Source: a virus | Virus record (IMG/VR): IMGVR_UViG_3300038466_000012 | Location: 1 to 41,602 of that record | Strand: one strand, 5' to 3' | Length of the DNA: 41,602 nt | The notes under the pieces: model-generated | The model's input: only the letters and a program-made list of their open reading frames with translations | Told to the model about the DNA's origin: nothing | Database searches by the model: none | Shown: positions 32,452 to 40,009 of the stretch, one piece after another | How the letters are laid out: each line of letters starts with the position of its first letter | How positions within the stretch are numbered: position 1 is the stretch's first letter | Position numbers and translations under genes: made by a program

Positions 32452-32530
32452 CCCCGGCGACACAACGGCGGGGGTGGGTGTCCCCGGCGCCTGCCCCGCC
32501 GCGCCGGGAGAACATAGGAGAAAAAAAGAT

Positions 32531-32731
32531 ATGGGACTGAAATTTGATGGGCACTTGGTGAAAAACGGAAACTCGACCTACATCCTGTTGCCACAATGGC
32601 TGGTGCGGCAACTGGCAATCGACGCGGACACCATGTCGTTTGTCGGCGACGCGGCCCAGTGGGATTCCGGCGTGATTAATTTGCGGATATCCATTGTCTC
32701 CGACCCGCCGAAAACTGATGACGAAAAATGA
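32531..32731 (+). CDS. AbrB/MazE/SpoVT-type DNA-binding protein
   Basis: 66 aa. MGLKFDGHLVKNGNSTYILLPQWLVRQLAID fits the swapped-hairpin AbrB pattern. RBS AGGAG. ATG at 32531 is in frame within track ORF 32294... Confidence 0.6.
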   Translation: MGLKFDGHLVKNGNSTYILLPQWLVRQLAIDADTMSFVGDAAQWDSGVINLRISIVSDPPKTDDEK

Positions 32732-32892
32732 CAGCGGAAAACAACGACCGACGTTTTGAGAAAGGAGGCCCTCCCGAAAAACCAAACGTGCGCGGGAACA
32801 AACAACGAACCAAAGCCCTTTCTATTGTTGCATTGCAGAACCCATATCCCGCGCACCGAAATCATTCCCGGCCCGACGCCGGATCACGATAG
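32728..32892 (+). CDS. Possible small basic protein (54 aa)
   Basis: Hand-translated ORF with an ATGA overlap onto the AbrB-like stop. It is below the track length cut-off, and its composition is not strongly protein-like. Confidence 0.25.
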   Translation: MTAENNDRRFEKGGPPEKPNVRGNKQRTKALSIVALQNPYPAHRNHSRPDAGSR

Positions 32893-32900
32893 GAGATAAC

Positions 32901-33029
32901 ATGCGCAACACAATCACGCACTGGTTGGATTTGCCGCCGAACAAACTCACAGCGGAACTCCGCAGGGCACTGGCGGAGAAGCTGCGGCTTTTCCGGCTGG
33001 AAAAGAAAAGAACGGAACGCAAAAAATAA
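32901..33029 (+). CDS. Possible small helical basic protein (42 aa)
   Basis: Hand-translated: MRNTITHWLDLPPNKLTAELRRALAEKLRLFRLEKKRTERKK. RBS TAGGAG lies 6 nt upstream. Confidence 0.35.
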   Translation: MRNTITHWLDLPPNKLTAELRRALAEKLRLFRLEKKRTERKK

Positions 33030-33068
33030 ACCCCGACCCGATTGCGGGGCCAGGGTAAGGAGAACTGA

Positions 33069-33431
33069 ATGTCGAACGATAATAATGAAACCGGGCAGGA
33101 CGTGTCAAGGCCAAAAACAAACGCCTACACGATTTATCTGGCGCGCGAACTGGCAGAATACCTGCCGCTCTCGCTACACGATTTATTGAATCAATTCGGC
33201 GCGGTGCAATTCCTGACTATGTGCCGACTGCACGACCGGCCTCTCGGCGACCTCGGCGGGCGGGACCTCGTCGGGTTTGCCGTCGATCACGGCGTGGACC
33301 TCCGGCAGGTGGTGGAGTGGAACGCGAAACTGATCGTCGAGACCTACGCGCCGGACGGCGTTCTGCCCGACGGCATGATCCTGAGCAATATCGCCTGCCT
33401 CGATGCGCGGGATTTTTGCGAGAGAGAATGA
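33069..33431 (+). CDS. Hypothetical protein
   Basis: 120 aa, RBS AAGGAG. Confidence 0.6.
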   Translation: MSNDNNETGQDVSRPKTNAYTIYLARELAEYLPLSLHDLLNQFGAVQFLTMCRLHDRPLGDLGGRDLVGFAVDHGVDLRQVVEWNAKLIVETYAPDGVLPDGMILSNIACLDARDFCERE

Positions 33432-34636
33432 TGGTCAACAAGGTCAAAAACTGGAGAGCATTGTACGAAACGGAGAAAAATATGATCGACATATTAAAAC
33501 CAGCAGAATCGACAATGGCCTATCTCAAGGCGGGGCTGCTCGGATTCAATGGCAGCGGGAAGACATTCACCGCAAAAGAAATTGCCATCGGACTGCATGG
33601 GTACATCAAATCCACGAAGCCGATCTTCTTCATTGATACTGAGACGGGGTCTGATTTTATGATCCCGGCATTCAAACGGGCGGGAATTGAAATGCTGGTG
33701 GCGAAGACCCGCGCCTTTGCTGATGTTATCCAGATACTAAAAGACACTGACGGGCAGTGTGACATCGGTATTATTGATTCAATCACCCACGTCTGGCGGG
33801 AACTATGTGAAGCGTACAAGAAAAAGAAGCACACAAACCGTCTCTATTTTCAGCACTGGGCCGAACTGAAAGACGAATGGCAGCGGTTTACCGATCTCTA
33901 CGTGAACTGCAATACACACCTCATTCTGTGCGGTCGTGCCGGGTATGAGTATGATTATTTTGAGAATGAGGAAGGCAAAAAAGAACTGATGAAAACCGGC
34001 ACGAAGATGAAGGTCGAGACCGAATTTGGTTTTGAACCGTCGCTTTTGATCGAAATGGATAGGATGAAAAAAGCGACGCCTAAAAACCCTGAATTGAAGG
34101 GCTGGACACATCGAGCCACCATCTTGAAAGATCGTACTGACATGATCGACGGCGAGCAATTCGACGACCCGAAATTTGAGGTATTCCTGCCCCACATTAC
34201 CAACTTGAATATCGGTGGAAAACATCTCGGCGTCGATATTGAACGCACGTCTGAGCGGGAATTTGACAACAACGGAAACACCGAGCGGCAGCGCCGAGTC
34301 AAGGACGTGGCAATTGCGCTCGAAGAAATCCAGGGGGAAATAACGTCAATGTTCCCCGGTACGACCAACGCCGAGAAGAAGGCAAAGATCGACTTGGTTG
34401 TTGCCCTGTTTGAAACCCGCAGTTGGACGGCTGTTGAGGGAAAAAGTCTCGAAGAATTGAAGGCCGGGTTGTCCGTCCTGAAACCGATTGCTGAAGCATA
34501 CGGCAGAAGCCAAGTCGATGGAACGTACTCGCCGGAACTCTGGGTCGAATTACTGGTCGATGCTCGGGATAAGGTTGTCCTCGGACATCAGCAATTAGTG
34601 GAGGCAATGCAAAATGCCGAAACCGACAAAAACTGA
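33428..34636 (+). CDS. AAA_24 / Sak4-like RecA-superfamily ATPase with C-terminal extension
   Basis: ATGA-overlap start at 33428. Walker A GFNGSGKT and Walker B DIGIIDSITH are present. The Arg-rich N-terminal part of track ORF 33221.. overlaps the upstream gene and was discarded. Confidence 0.65.
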   Translation: MMVNKVKNWRALYETEKNMIDILKPAESTMAYLKAGLLGFNGSGKTFTAKEIAIGLHGYIKSTKPIFFIDTETGSDFMIPAFKRAGIEMLVAKTRAFADVIQILKDTDGQCDIGIIDSITHVWRELCEAYKKKKHTNRLYFQHWAELKDEWQRFTDLYVNCNTHLILCGRAGYEYDYFENEEGKKELMKTGTKMKVETEFGFEPSLLIEMDRMKKATPKNPELKGWTHRATILKDRTDMIDGEQFDDPKFEVFLPHITNLNIGGKHLGVDIERTSEREFDNNGNTERQRRVKDVAIALEEIQGEITSMFPGTTNAEKKAKIDLVVALFETRSWTAVEGKSLEELKAGLSVLKPIAEAYGRSQVDGTYSPELWVELLVDARDKVVLGHQQLVEAMQNAETDKN

Positions 34637-34802
34637 GCAGTTTATCCTGGACACGCTGCGCCGGTATGGCAAGCCGGTATTCCGCGAGACGCTGGTCGGC
34701 TCGTGTCTTGCCGGATATGAGCGGATCCAAAATGCAATCGAAAAACTGATCGACAGCGGTATCATCGAAGAACGTAAAGGGATGATTTCCCGAAAGGAGT
34801 AA
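34614..34802 (+). CDS. Small winged-helix-like DNA-binding protein
   Basis: 62 aa. ..FILDTLRRYGKPVFRETLV..GYERIQNAIEKLIDSGIIEE.. fits a wHTH pattern. Confidence 0.45.
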   Translation: MPKPTKTEQFILDTLRRYGKPVFRETLVGSCLAGYERIQNAIEKLIDSGIIEERKGMISRKE

Positions 34803-34805
34803 GGC

Positions 34806-35129
34806 GTGGGCAGAGAAAAAATGAAACTGGGGAAAACTGCGAGGGATACTATTTCAGGGTATGAGGGTGTTATTACAGCACTTGCCGAATACATGAACGG
34901 ATGCCTCCGAGTGTGTATCACACCAAAGGGGTTAACATCTGAAGGAAAACCATGGGAAGGAGAGTATTTTGACTCGCGGCAGGTGGAAATTGTCGGCAGT
35001 TTCACTGACATTACCAATTCTACAAATGGTGAGGGGCCTATGGGCGATCCACCTGTCGAGCCACCGCCACGAAGAATACGAGAGGACAAGAAGCCAGATC
35101 GTAACTGGAAAATCCCCCGAAAGGAGTAA
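34806..35129 (+). CDS. Hypothetical protein
   Basis: GTG at 34806 lies 6 nt after AAGGAG. 107 aa with a Pro-rich basic tail. Confidence 0.5.
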   Translation: MGREKMKLGKTARDTISGYEGVITALAEYMNGCLRVCITPKGLTSEGKPWEGEYFDSRQVEIVGSFTDITNSTNGEGPMGDPPVEPPPRRIREDKKPDRNWKIPRKE

Positions 35130-35132
35130 CCA

Positions 35133-35324
35133 ATGGACGTTAAGGCGATTATCGCGGCCGCCAAGCCGCCGAAAACCGAAAAAGCGCCGATGCATTTCAC
35201 CGCTCCGCTTGAATTGAAACAGGAATTTGACCGGCTCTGTCAAGAGCAAGGCGCGGACAAGTCGCTATTGCTGGTCGGTATGGTCGAAACTCTGGTTGCG
35301 GCCATGAAGGGGATCGACGATTGA
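35133..35324 (+). CDS. Ribbon-helix-helix (CopG/Arc-like) protein
   Basis: 63 aa. MHFTAPLELKQEFDRLCQEQGADKSLLLVGMVETLV fits a strand-helix-helix pattern. RBS AAGGAG. Confidence 0.45.
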   Translation: MDVKAIIAAAKPPKTEKAPMHFTAPLELKQEFDRLCQEQGADKSLLLVGMVETLVAAMKGIDD

Positions 35325-35341
35325 CCAAGCGGAAACCAAAA

Positions 35342-35440
35342 CTCCGGGGGACGTTGATCCCCCGGAGACCCGCCGGAGAGCCGGGAATCAACCTCTGCGC
35401 GATCAACAATAAGAACCGCGAGCAGACCGCGGTGTTGATC
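35342..35440 (+). other. Structured non-coding segment: two strong stem-loops carrying a recurrent GTTGATC/GATCAAC motif
   Basis: Hairpin 1: CTCCGGGGG (35342-50) / CCCCCGGAG (35359-67), with GTTGATC in the loop. Hairpin 2: GATCAAC (35401-07) + ACCGCG (35415-20) pairs with CGCGGT (35428-33) + GTTGATC (35434-40). A GAATCAAC variant lies at 35385. Confidence 0.55.
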
Positions 35441-35464
35441 TAGACGAAGCTCGGCAAGGTCAAA

Positions 35465-35629
35465 GTGCGCTGCCGTATCTGCGGGGCCGAGGGGCCGCAC
35501 CTGATACTGGCCGGGGCGGAGAACAAGAGCCGGTACTACTGCGAGAAAGCGCGGTGCCAGCGGGCGTATCGGAGAATAGAGAAACGGAGAGAGAGCAATG
35601 GACAAAGTTCACTTCCAGAAAATGAATGA
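35465..35629 (+). CDS. Possible small zinc-ribbon protein (54 aa)
   Basis: Hand-translated from GTG 35465: (M)RCRICGAEGPHLILAGAENKSRYYCEKARCQRAYRRIEKRRES... The RBS is weak, and the ORF overlaps the next gene by 32 nt. Confidence 0.3.
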   Translation: MRCRICGAEGPHLILAGAENKSRYYCEKARCQRAYRRIEKRRESNGQSSLPENE

Positions 35630-35906
35630 TGCGGAGTGGCATATTGTGATTAATGGGGAGCCGTTTATTCTCCGCCTCGGAAAGCCGCGACCCATCCCGC
35701 CGGACGAGTTCGATAAGGCGGTGGCGGAGAAATTCGCCGAATTAAAGATTCCATTTACCACCACGAAAAGGTTATGCAAGGCGGGGTATTGTTGTTTTGC
35801 CGCAGTTGAAATGGTCTCCGTGCGTTATGAGGCGATGCAGGAAATTATCTTAGCCGCCGCTAATCTCAAGAACGCATGGAAATTGCTCAAGGAGCAGGGG
35901 GAGTAA
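35598..35906 (+). CDS. Hypothetical protein
   Basis: 102 aa, RBS GGAGAGAGAG. Confidence 0.6.
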   Translation: MDKVHFQKMNDAEWHIVINGEPFILRLGKPRPIPPDEFDKAVAEKFAELKIPFTTTKRLCKAGYCCFAAVEMVSVRYEAMQEIILAAANLKNAWKLLKEQGE

Positions 35907-35907
35907 C

Positions 35908-36144
35908 ATGAGTTCAATTGGAGACCATGATGCGTTTCCGGCAACCGAGTCCGGTTGTGGGATGTCCTATCGTATGTGGCTGATCGGGCAGATATCGATT
36001 GCCACTGCTGCTAATCATCCGGGGCTACCCCCACCTCATTATGATGATGCGCAATATTGCCTCCGGTACGCCGATGCAATCATTGCCCGGCTGGACAAGG
36101 AAATAACTGCGGCCAACAAAGAGGATGCGCCAAATGCCGACTGA
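35908..36144 (+). CDS. Hypothetical protein
   Basis: 78 aa, RBS GGGGGAG. Confidence 0.55.
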   Translation: MSSIGDHDAFPATESGCGMSYRMWLIGQISIATAANHPGLPPPHYDDAQYCLRYADAIIARLDKEITAANKEDAPNAD

Positions 36145-36580
36145 CACGCAAGACCTGATTCTTGAGTTTGGTAAAAAACATCGGGGCGAGAGGGTACAGC
36201 GGGTCGTTGCCAGTTATCTGCTGTGGATGGTCAACGAGCTTGAACAGGAGAACCCGTGGCGAGCGATTGCTGAGGCCGAACTCAAGCGGCGCGGGACAGT
36301 ATTGCCGCAGATAGATATTTCCGGCCATGCGATTGATCGGGCGTCGCTCAATCCAAAAGTGCGCGCAATCTGGCATGAAACGTCTAACCCGGATGAGGGG
36401 CTTCATGCGTGGCTGGTGCGTGCGGGGCAGGAAGCGCGGATCACCGGGCTTGTCGAAAAGCAAGGTGACGATGAAGTCGCCTACTATGGCGGGATCAAAT
36501 GGGTGTTTGAACTCGGCAACAACTGGCCGACACTCAAGACCCTGATGCCGAAAGAACGGAGAGATACCGATGACCAGTAA
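36134..36580 (+). CDS. Hypothetical protein, N-terminus DUF3820-like
   Basis: The ATG at 36134 has better RBS spacing than 36125. ..LEFGKKHRGERVQRVVASYLLWMV.. resembles the FGKHKG..YL.W motif. Confidence 0.5.
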   Translation: MPTDTQDLILEFGKKHRGERVQRVVASYLLWMVNELEQENPWRAIAEAELKRRGTVLPQIDISGHAIDRASLNPKVRAIWHETSNPDEGLHAWLVRAGQEARITGLVEKQGDDEVAYYGGIKWVFELGNNWPTLKTLMPKERRDTDDQ

Positions 36581-36932
36581 ACGAACCCTCGCCCTCGTGG
36601 TGATTATTGCATTCTTTTTCGGTGTATTGAGTTGCTGGCAATTTTTCTACTTCCATGTGCCTATATCTGTAAAAGAAAGAATTGTGCATATATTGGTGCA
36701 GGAGCCGTCAGATCGCTTACATCGTTTGTTGCTACAGTCGAAAGATTACACCTCTTACAAATCTTACAAAGAGCTTGGAACTTATCTGTTGGTTTCCGAA
36801 GATACAACAAAAATTTATGATTCTCCGTGCTGCGGAGATACGAGCATTGTCGTGACGGTCTGGTGTGATTCAGTATGGATAGTTGAAAATTGCGAAATTA
36901 ATACAATCCAGAGGGGCCAGCATGACCACTAA
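36570..36932 (+). CDS. Membrane-anchored or lipoprotein-like protein in a low-GC patch
   Basis: 120 aa with N-terminus MTSKRTLALVVIIAFFFGVLSC (a lipobox-like VLSC). Two sampled 60-nt lines hand-counted at 37-40% GC. Confidence 0.55.
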   Translation: MTSKRTLALVVIIAFFFGVLSCWQFFYFHVPISVKERIVHILVQEPSDRLHRLLLQSKDYTSYKSYKELGTYLLVSEDTTKIYDSPCCGDTSIVVTVWCDSVWIVENCEINTIQRGQHDH

Positions 36933-37044
36933 GCGTGATATAAACCCGTTCGCCATTGCGCTGATCGTCTTTCTTTTCATTGTGGCGTTAATCCTGTGCC
37001 TGCATAGCGGCGCGCTGGATTTCGTGCCGGGTAGAGTAAGATAA
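36922..37044 (+). CDS. Possible 40-aa single-TM peptide
   Basis: Hand-translated: MTTKRDINPFAIALIVFLFIVALILCLHSGALDFVPGRVR. A TAATG overlap joins it to the next gene. Confidence 0.45.
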   Translation: MTTKRDINPFAIALIVFLFIVALILCLHSGALDFVPGRVR

Positions 37045-37454
37045 TGAAACGCAAGCAGGTCTGGCGGTACTACTGCGATTTTTGCGGTAAGGGCGGTTGT
37101 TCGGCGTCCAGCATGAGCCAACATGAAAAGCACTGCACGATGAACCCGAAACGCGATTGTCGCATGTGTGAAATAGCCGGGAATTACCAACAGCCAATGG
37201 CGGAATTGATTGCCTTGATCCCGAAGAATCACTTTGATTTTAACGACGCGGTACTTACCGCTCTGCGCGATGCCACCGAGAATTGCCCGGCCTGTATTCT
37301 TGCCGTACTGAGGCAATCGGGAATCACGGCAACGTATGCCGGCTTCCGCTATGATGAGGAATGTAAGCAGTTTTGGGCGGACATAAACGAGCGTGAAAGT
37401 AGAGAAGAATTTAGAGAAGATGTCTCCTATGAGTTACAATGTTTGGGAGAATGA
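37044..37454 (+). CDS. Cys-rich (multi CxxC) protein
   Basis: 136 aa containing CDFC..HEKHC, CRMC and CPAC. Confidence 0.6.
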   Translation: MKRKQVWRYYCDFCGKGGCSASSMSQHEKHCTMNPKRDCRMCEIAGNYQQPMAELIALIPKNHFDFNDAVLTALRDATENCPACILAVLRQSGITATYAGFRYDEECKQFWADINERESREEFREDVSYELQCLGE

Positions 37455-37502
37455 GGTGACACTCAAGGGGCGGCTGCTGTGACCGCCGGAAGGGAAATGA
37501 AC

Positions 37503-37736
37503 ATGGAGAGTTTTGATCTTTTTAAGTCGATCTTGGAACATCATCGCGATCAATGGGAAGCGCATTGCCGGGATTGGATCGTTAAGCAAAGCGACGATGA
37601 TATATTGACCTTCACAAAATATCTGATGGATATGACGAGGGACGGCGCTGACATAAAGATGTTGTCCGGGTATTTTGCTTTATTGGGATTGGTCTCGGCG
37701 TGGGTTCATGCGACAGATTCCGAGGTGTCTGAATGA
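37503..37736 (+). CDS. Hypothetical protein
   Basis: The ATG at 37503 lies 7 nt after GGAAGGGA. In-frame alternatives are 37479 (GTG) and 37497. Confidence 0.5.
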   Translation: MESFDLFKSILEHHRDQWEAHCRDWIVKQSDDDILTFTKYLMDMTRDGADIKMLSGYFALLGLVSAWVHATDSEVSE

Positions 37737-37927
37737 GTCATAAAGTGCGAAAGGCCATTGATTGGCAGAAATATAGGGTACGTCAGTGCCTGACACTCCA
37801 CCATTGCGAAATCTGCAAAGGCGAAATCAAATACAATCAGCACTACTACGATGGTGGATATGATCGGCGTGCCCATATTTCGTGTGTTGATTTTTCTCCC
37901 GCTGTGACCGCCGGAAGGAGTGAGTGA
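37733..37927 (+). CDS. Small Cys/His-containing protein
   Basis: 64 aa with HHCEICKGE..AHISC. ATGA overlap. Confidence 0.5.
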   Translation: MSHKVRKAIDWQKYRVRQCLTLHHCEICKGEIKYNQHYYDGGYDRRAHISCVDFSPAVTAGRSE

Positions 37928-38151
37928 TGGATAAGTGGATTGAGGAATTTGGTAATCACTATGCGGAATTATTAAGACTTGAAATCTCCAAGCCATTATC
38001 GGAGAACTTGGAGATATTACATGCTCGAGGTTGCCCCGCGCACCTTGCCGTCAAAGCGGCGGCGGAAAGGAACAACGTCAGTATGGAACGCATCATCGAA
38101 GTGATTGACCGGTTGAGTGTGTGTGACGTAATTGAAGCAACAGATTTTTAA
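37927..38151 (+). CDS. Hypothetical protein
   Basis: ATG at 37927 lies 6 nt after GGAG. 74 aa. Confidence 0.5.
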   Translation: MDKWIEEFGNHYAELLRLEISKPLSENLEILHARGCPAHLAVKAAAERNNVSMERIIEVIDRLSVCDVIEATDF

Positions 38152-38161
38152 TGGTGAAGTG

Positions 38162-38368
38162 ATGCCAAACTGTCCGAATTGTATAGCGCGGAACGATGAC
38201 TCGGATTGCGAATTTGACGGGCCGTTCAAACACGAACCACTTATCAAGCACGGCAACTCGCAACTATGGTGTCCAGTTTGCAAAACAGCATGGGATGACT
38301 GGCCGAAGTGGCCGCTAAAAATTAGACGGGCAATCAAAAAGTTAAAGGAGGCCAACGATGACAAGTGA
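38162..38368 (+). CDS. Small zinc-ribbon protein
   Basis: 68 aa with CPNC....CPVC. Confidence 0.5.
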   Translation: MPNCPNCIARNDDSDCEFDGPFKHEPLIKHGNSQLWCPVCKTAWDDWPKWPLKIRRAIKKLKEANDDK

Positions 38369-38681
38369 AGTCAAGCCGTGCCCAATATGTGAATCACCAT
38401 GCCACAGAATGTCCGGCGGTCAATTTGGCTGTGATGGGATTGAGTGTTCGTGGTGTGGGTATAAAATAGAGGAGCAAACCGACACTGCATCTTATACAGC
38501 GTGTCTTGCTGCCCACAACCGCATCTGCGCGGCGGTGGAGTTTACAAAATTGATTTCACGGATGTTGCTAAGTCACGGTGCAAAGTATCTGGAGGGCAAC
38601 CAACAGTGTTTGAATGGTCTTATAGACACAGCCAAACAGATCATGGGGCAGGAGGCCAACGATGACCAAACCGACGACTGA
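38358..38681 (+). CDS. Zinc-ribbon protein, weakly Lar-like N-terminus
   Basis: 107 aa. VKPCPICES..CSWCGY resembles the KPCPFCG start of Lar-family restriction-alleviation proteins; this is tentative. Confidence 0.5.
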   Translation: MTSEVKPCPICESPCHRMSGGQFGCDGIECSWCGYKIEEQTDTASYTACLAAHNRICAAVEFTKLISRMLLSHGAKYLEGNQQCLNGLIDTAKQIMGQEANDDQTDD

Positions 38682-38958
38682 GCAAATGCTCCGCCGCATG
38701 GCGGAGACGCTGGGGTGGACGAATAAACATTTGCCGCAGTGGGAATATTCCCTCGACGCCCTGTGCGCGAAGGGCGGGCCGGTGGAGTGGTGTGTTCAAC
38801 ATGGTTATGAGTTCAGCATCAGCATAAATAGCTGCCGGGTTAGGGTTACGGTGTATGACAACAACGGAGACTTAATAGAGGGGTTTAGATCAAGGGTTGG
38901 CAATATTGCCGACCCACTATTCCGCGCCTGCTGTCAGGCGATGGGGGAGGACAAATGA
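38662..38958 (+). CDS. Hypothetical protein
   Basis: 98 aa. It shares the 17-nt start context AGGAGGCCAACGATGAC with the previous gene. Confidence 0.55.
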   Translation: MTKPTTEQMLRRMAETLGWTNKHLPQWEYSLDALCAKGGPVEWCVQHGYEFSISINSCRVRVTVYDNNGDLIEGFRSRVGNIADPLFRACCQAMGEDK

Positions 38959-39176
38959 AGTGTCCGAAGTGCAATAGTGATCTTGAGGCACAGTTTGTCT
39001 GCGAGAACTGCGGACGCCGGGAAAGCATGCCCGACCGCCGGGCGGTGGCGGAGAAGATTGCGGAAGAATTAGATGCAGCTGGATATCTACTGGACGCATA
39101 CACTGATGACCCGCTGACACCTGAACAACTAGTAAAAATTAGTACCACCATCGAGCGGGCGATGGGGGAGGCATGA
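38955..39176 (+). CDS. Small zinc-ribbon protein
   Basis: 73 aa with CPKC....CENC. RBS GGAGG. Confidence 0.55.
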   Translation: MKCPKCNSDLEAQFVCENCGRRESMPDRRAVAEKIAEELDAAGYLLDAYTDDPLTPEQLVKISTTIERAMGEA

Positions 39177-39271
39177 ACTCAGAAGAAAAATGGGCTGTTG
39201 CTGTTATGATCCTGTCAATTATGTCGCTGGTCGTGTCGTTTATGATCTTTGTTTTGATTTTCGCTCGATAA
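39173..39271 (+). CDS. Possible 32-aa single-TM peptide
   Basis: Hand-translated: MNSEEKWAVAVMILSIMSLVVSFMIFVLIFAR. ATGA overlap. Confidence 0.45.
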   Translation: MNSEEKWAVAVMILSIMSLVVSFMIFVLIFAR

Positions 39272-39280
39272 GGGGGACGC

Positions 39281-40009
39281 ATGACAAAGATTTCGTGGAC
39301 AAACCGGACGTGGAACGTCGTAACCGGCTGCACTCCGGTATCTGCCGGGTGCAAAAACTGCTACGCCCGGACGATGGCGCGGCGGCTGAAAGCGATGGGT
39401 CAGAAGAAATACCGCAACGAGTTTGCCGTTACCCTTCACCCGGAGTGCCTTAATGAACCGCTGCACTGGCGCAAGCCGTCGATGGTGTTCGTCTGCTCAA
39501 TGGGCGATTTGTTCCATAATGACGTGCCGTCGTTGTTTATAGATAAAGTTTTTACGCGAACGAGTATCAGTAACCAACACGTTTATCAGGTATTGACCAA
39601 ACGTGCAGATCGGATGGCGGAGTTTTTCTCTCATGCGTGCAACCAAGTGTTCCTCGAAAACAAGAACCTCTGGCTCGGCACGTCAGCCGAGGACCAACCA
39701 ACATTAGATGATCGGGTGAAGCACCTGCTGCGAATCCCGGCGGCGGTGCGGTTCCTGAGTCTGGAGCCATTGCTCGGCCCGATTGACATTCCGCCGTCGG
39801 TCTTGGAAAAGATTCAATGGATTATCGTCGGCTGTGAGAGCGGCCCCAAGCGGCGGCCGTGTGACATTGAGTGGATAAGGTCAATCGTCAGGCAGTGCCA
39901 AGCAGCGAAAGTCAGAGTGTTTGTCAAGCAGGTCTCAATCAATGGCCGGGTGTCCCACAACCCCGCCGAGTGGCCGAAGGATTTACAAAAGCAGGAGTGG
40001 CCAAAGTGA
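39281..40009 (+). CDS. Phage Gp37/Gp68 family protein (DUF5131)
   Basis: N-terminus MTKISWTNRTWNVVTGCTPVSAGCKNCYA, together with ..FLSLEPLLGPI.. and ..WIIVGCESG.., is the family signature. Confidence 0.8.
   Translation: MTKISWTNRTWNVVTGCTPVSAGCKNCYARTMARRLKAMGQKKYRNEFAVTLHPECLNEPLHWRKPSMVFVCSMGDLFHNDVPSLFIDKVFTRTSISNQHVYQVLTKRADRMAEFFSHACNQVFLENKNLWLGTSAEDQPTLDDRVKHLLRIPAAVRFLSLEPLLGPIDIPPSVLEKIQWIIVGCESGPKRRPCDIEWIRSIVRQCQAAKVRVFVKQVSINGRVSHNPAEWPKDLQKQEWPK

Noticed and set aside
32483-32508. GC-rich 8-bp hairpin as a rho-independent terminator
   Set aside because: No U-tract follows (the next bases are AGAACATAGGAG). It is kept only as a possible RNA structure in the AbrB finding.
33221-33427. 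Arg-rich N-terminal extension of the ATPase ORF
   Set aside because: It overlaps the 33069..33431 gene in another frame. An ATGA-coupled ATG at 33428 gives a normal N-terminus before the Walker A motif.
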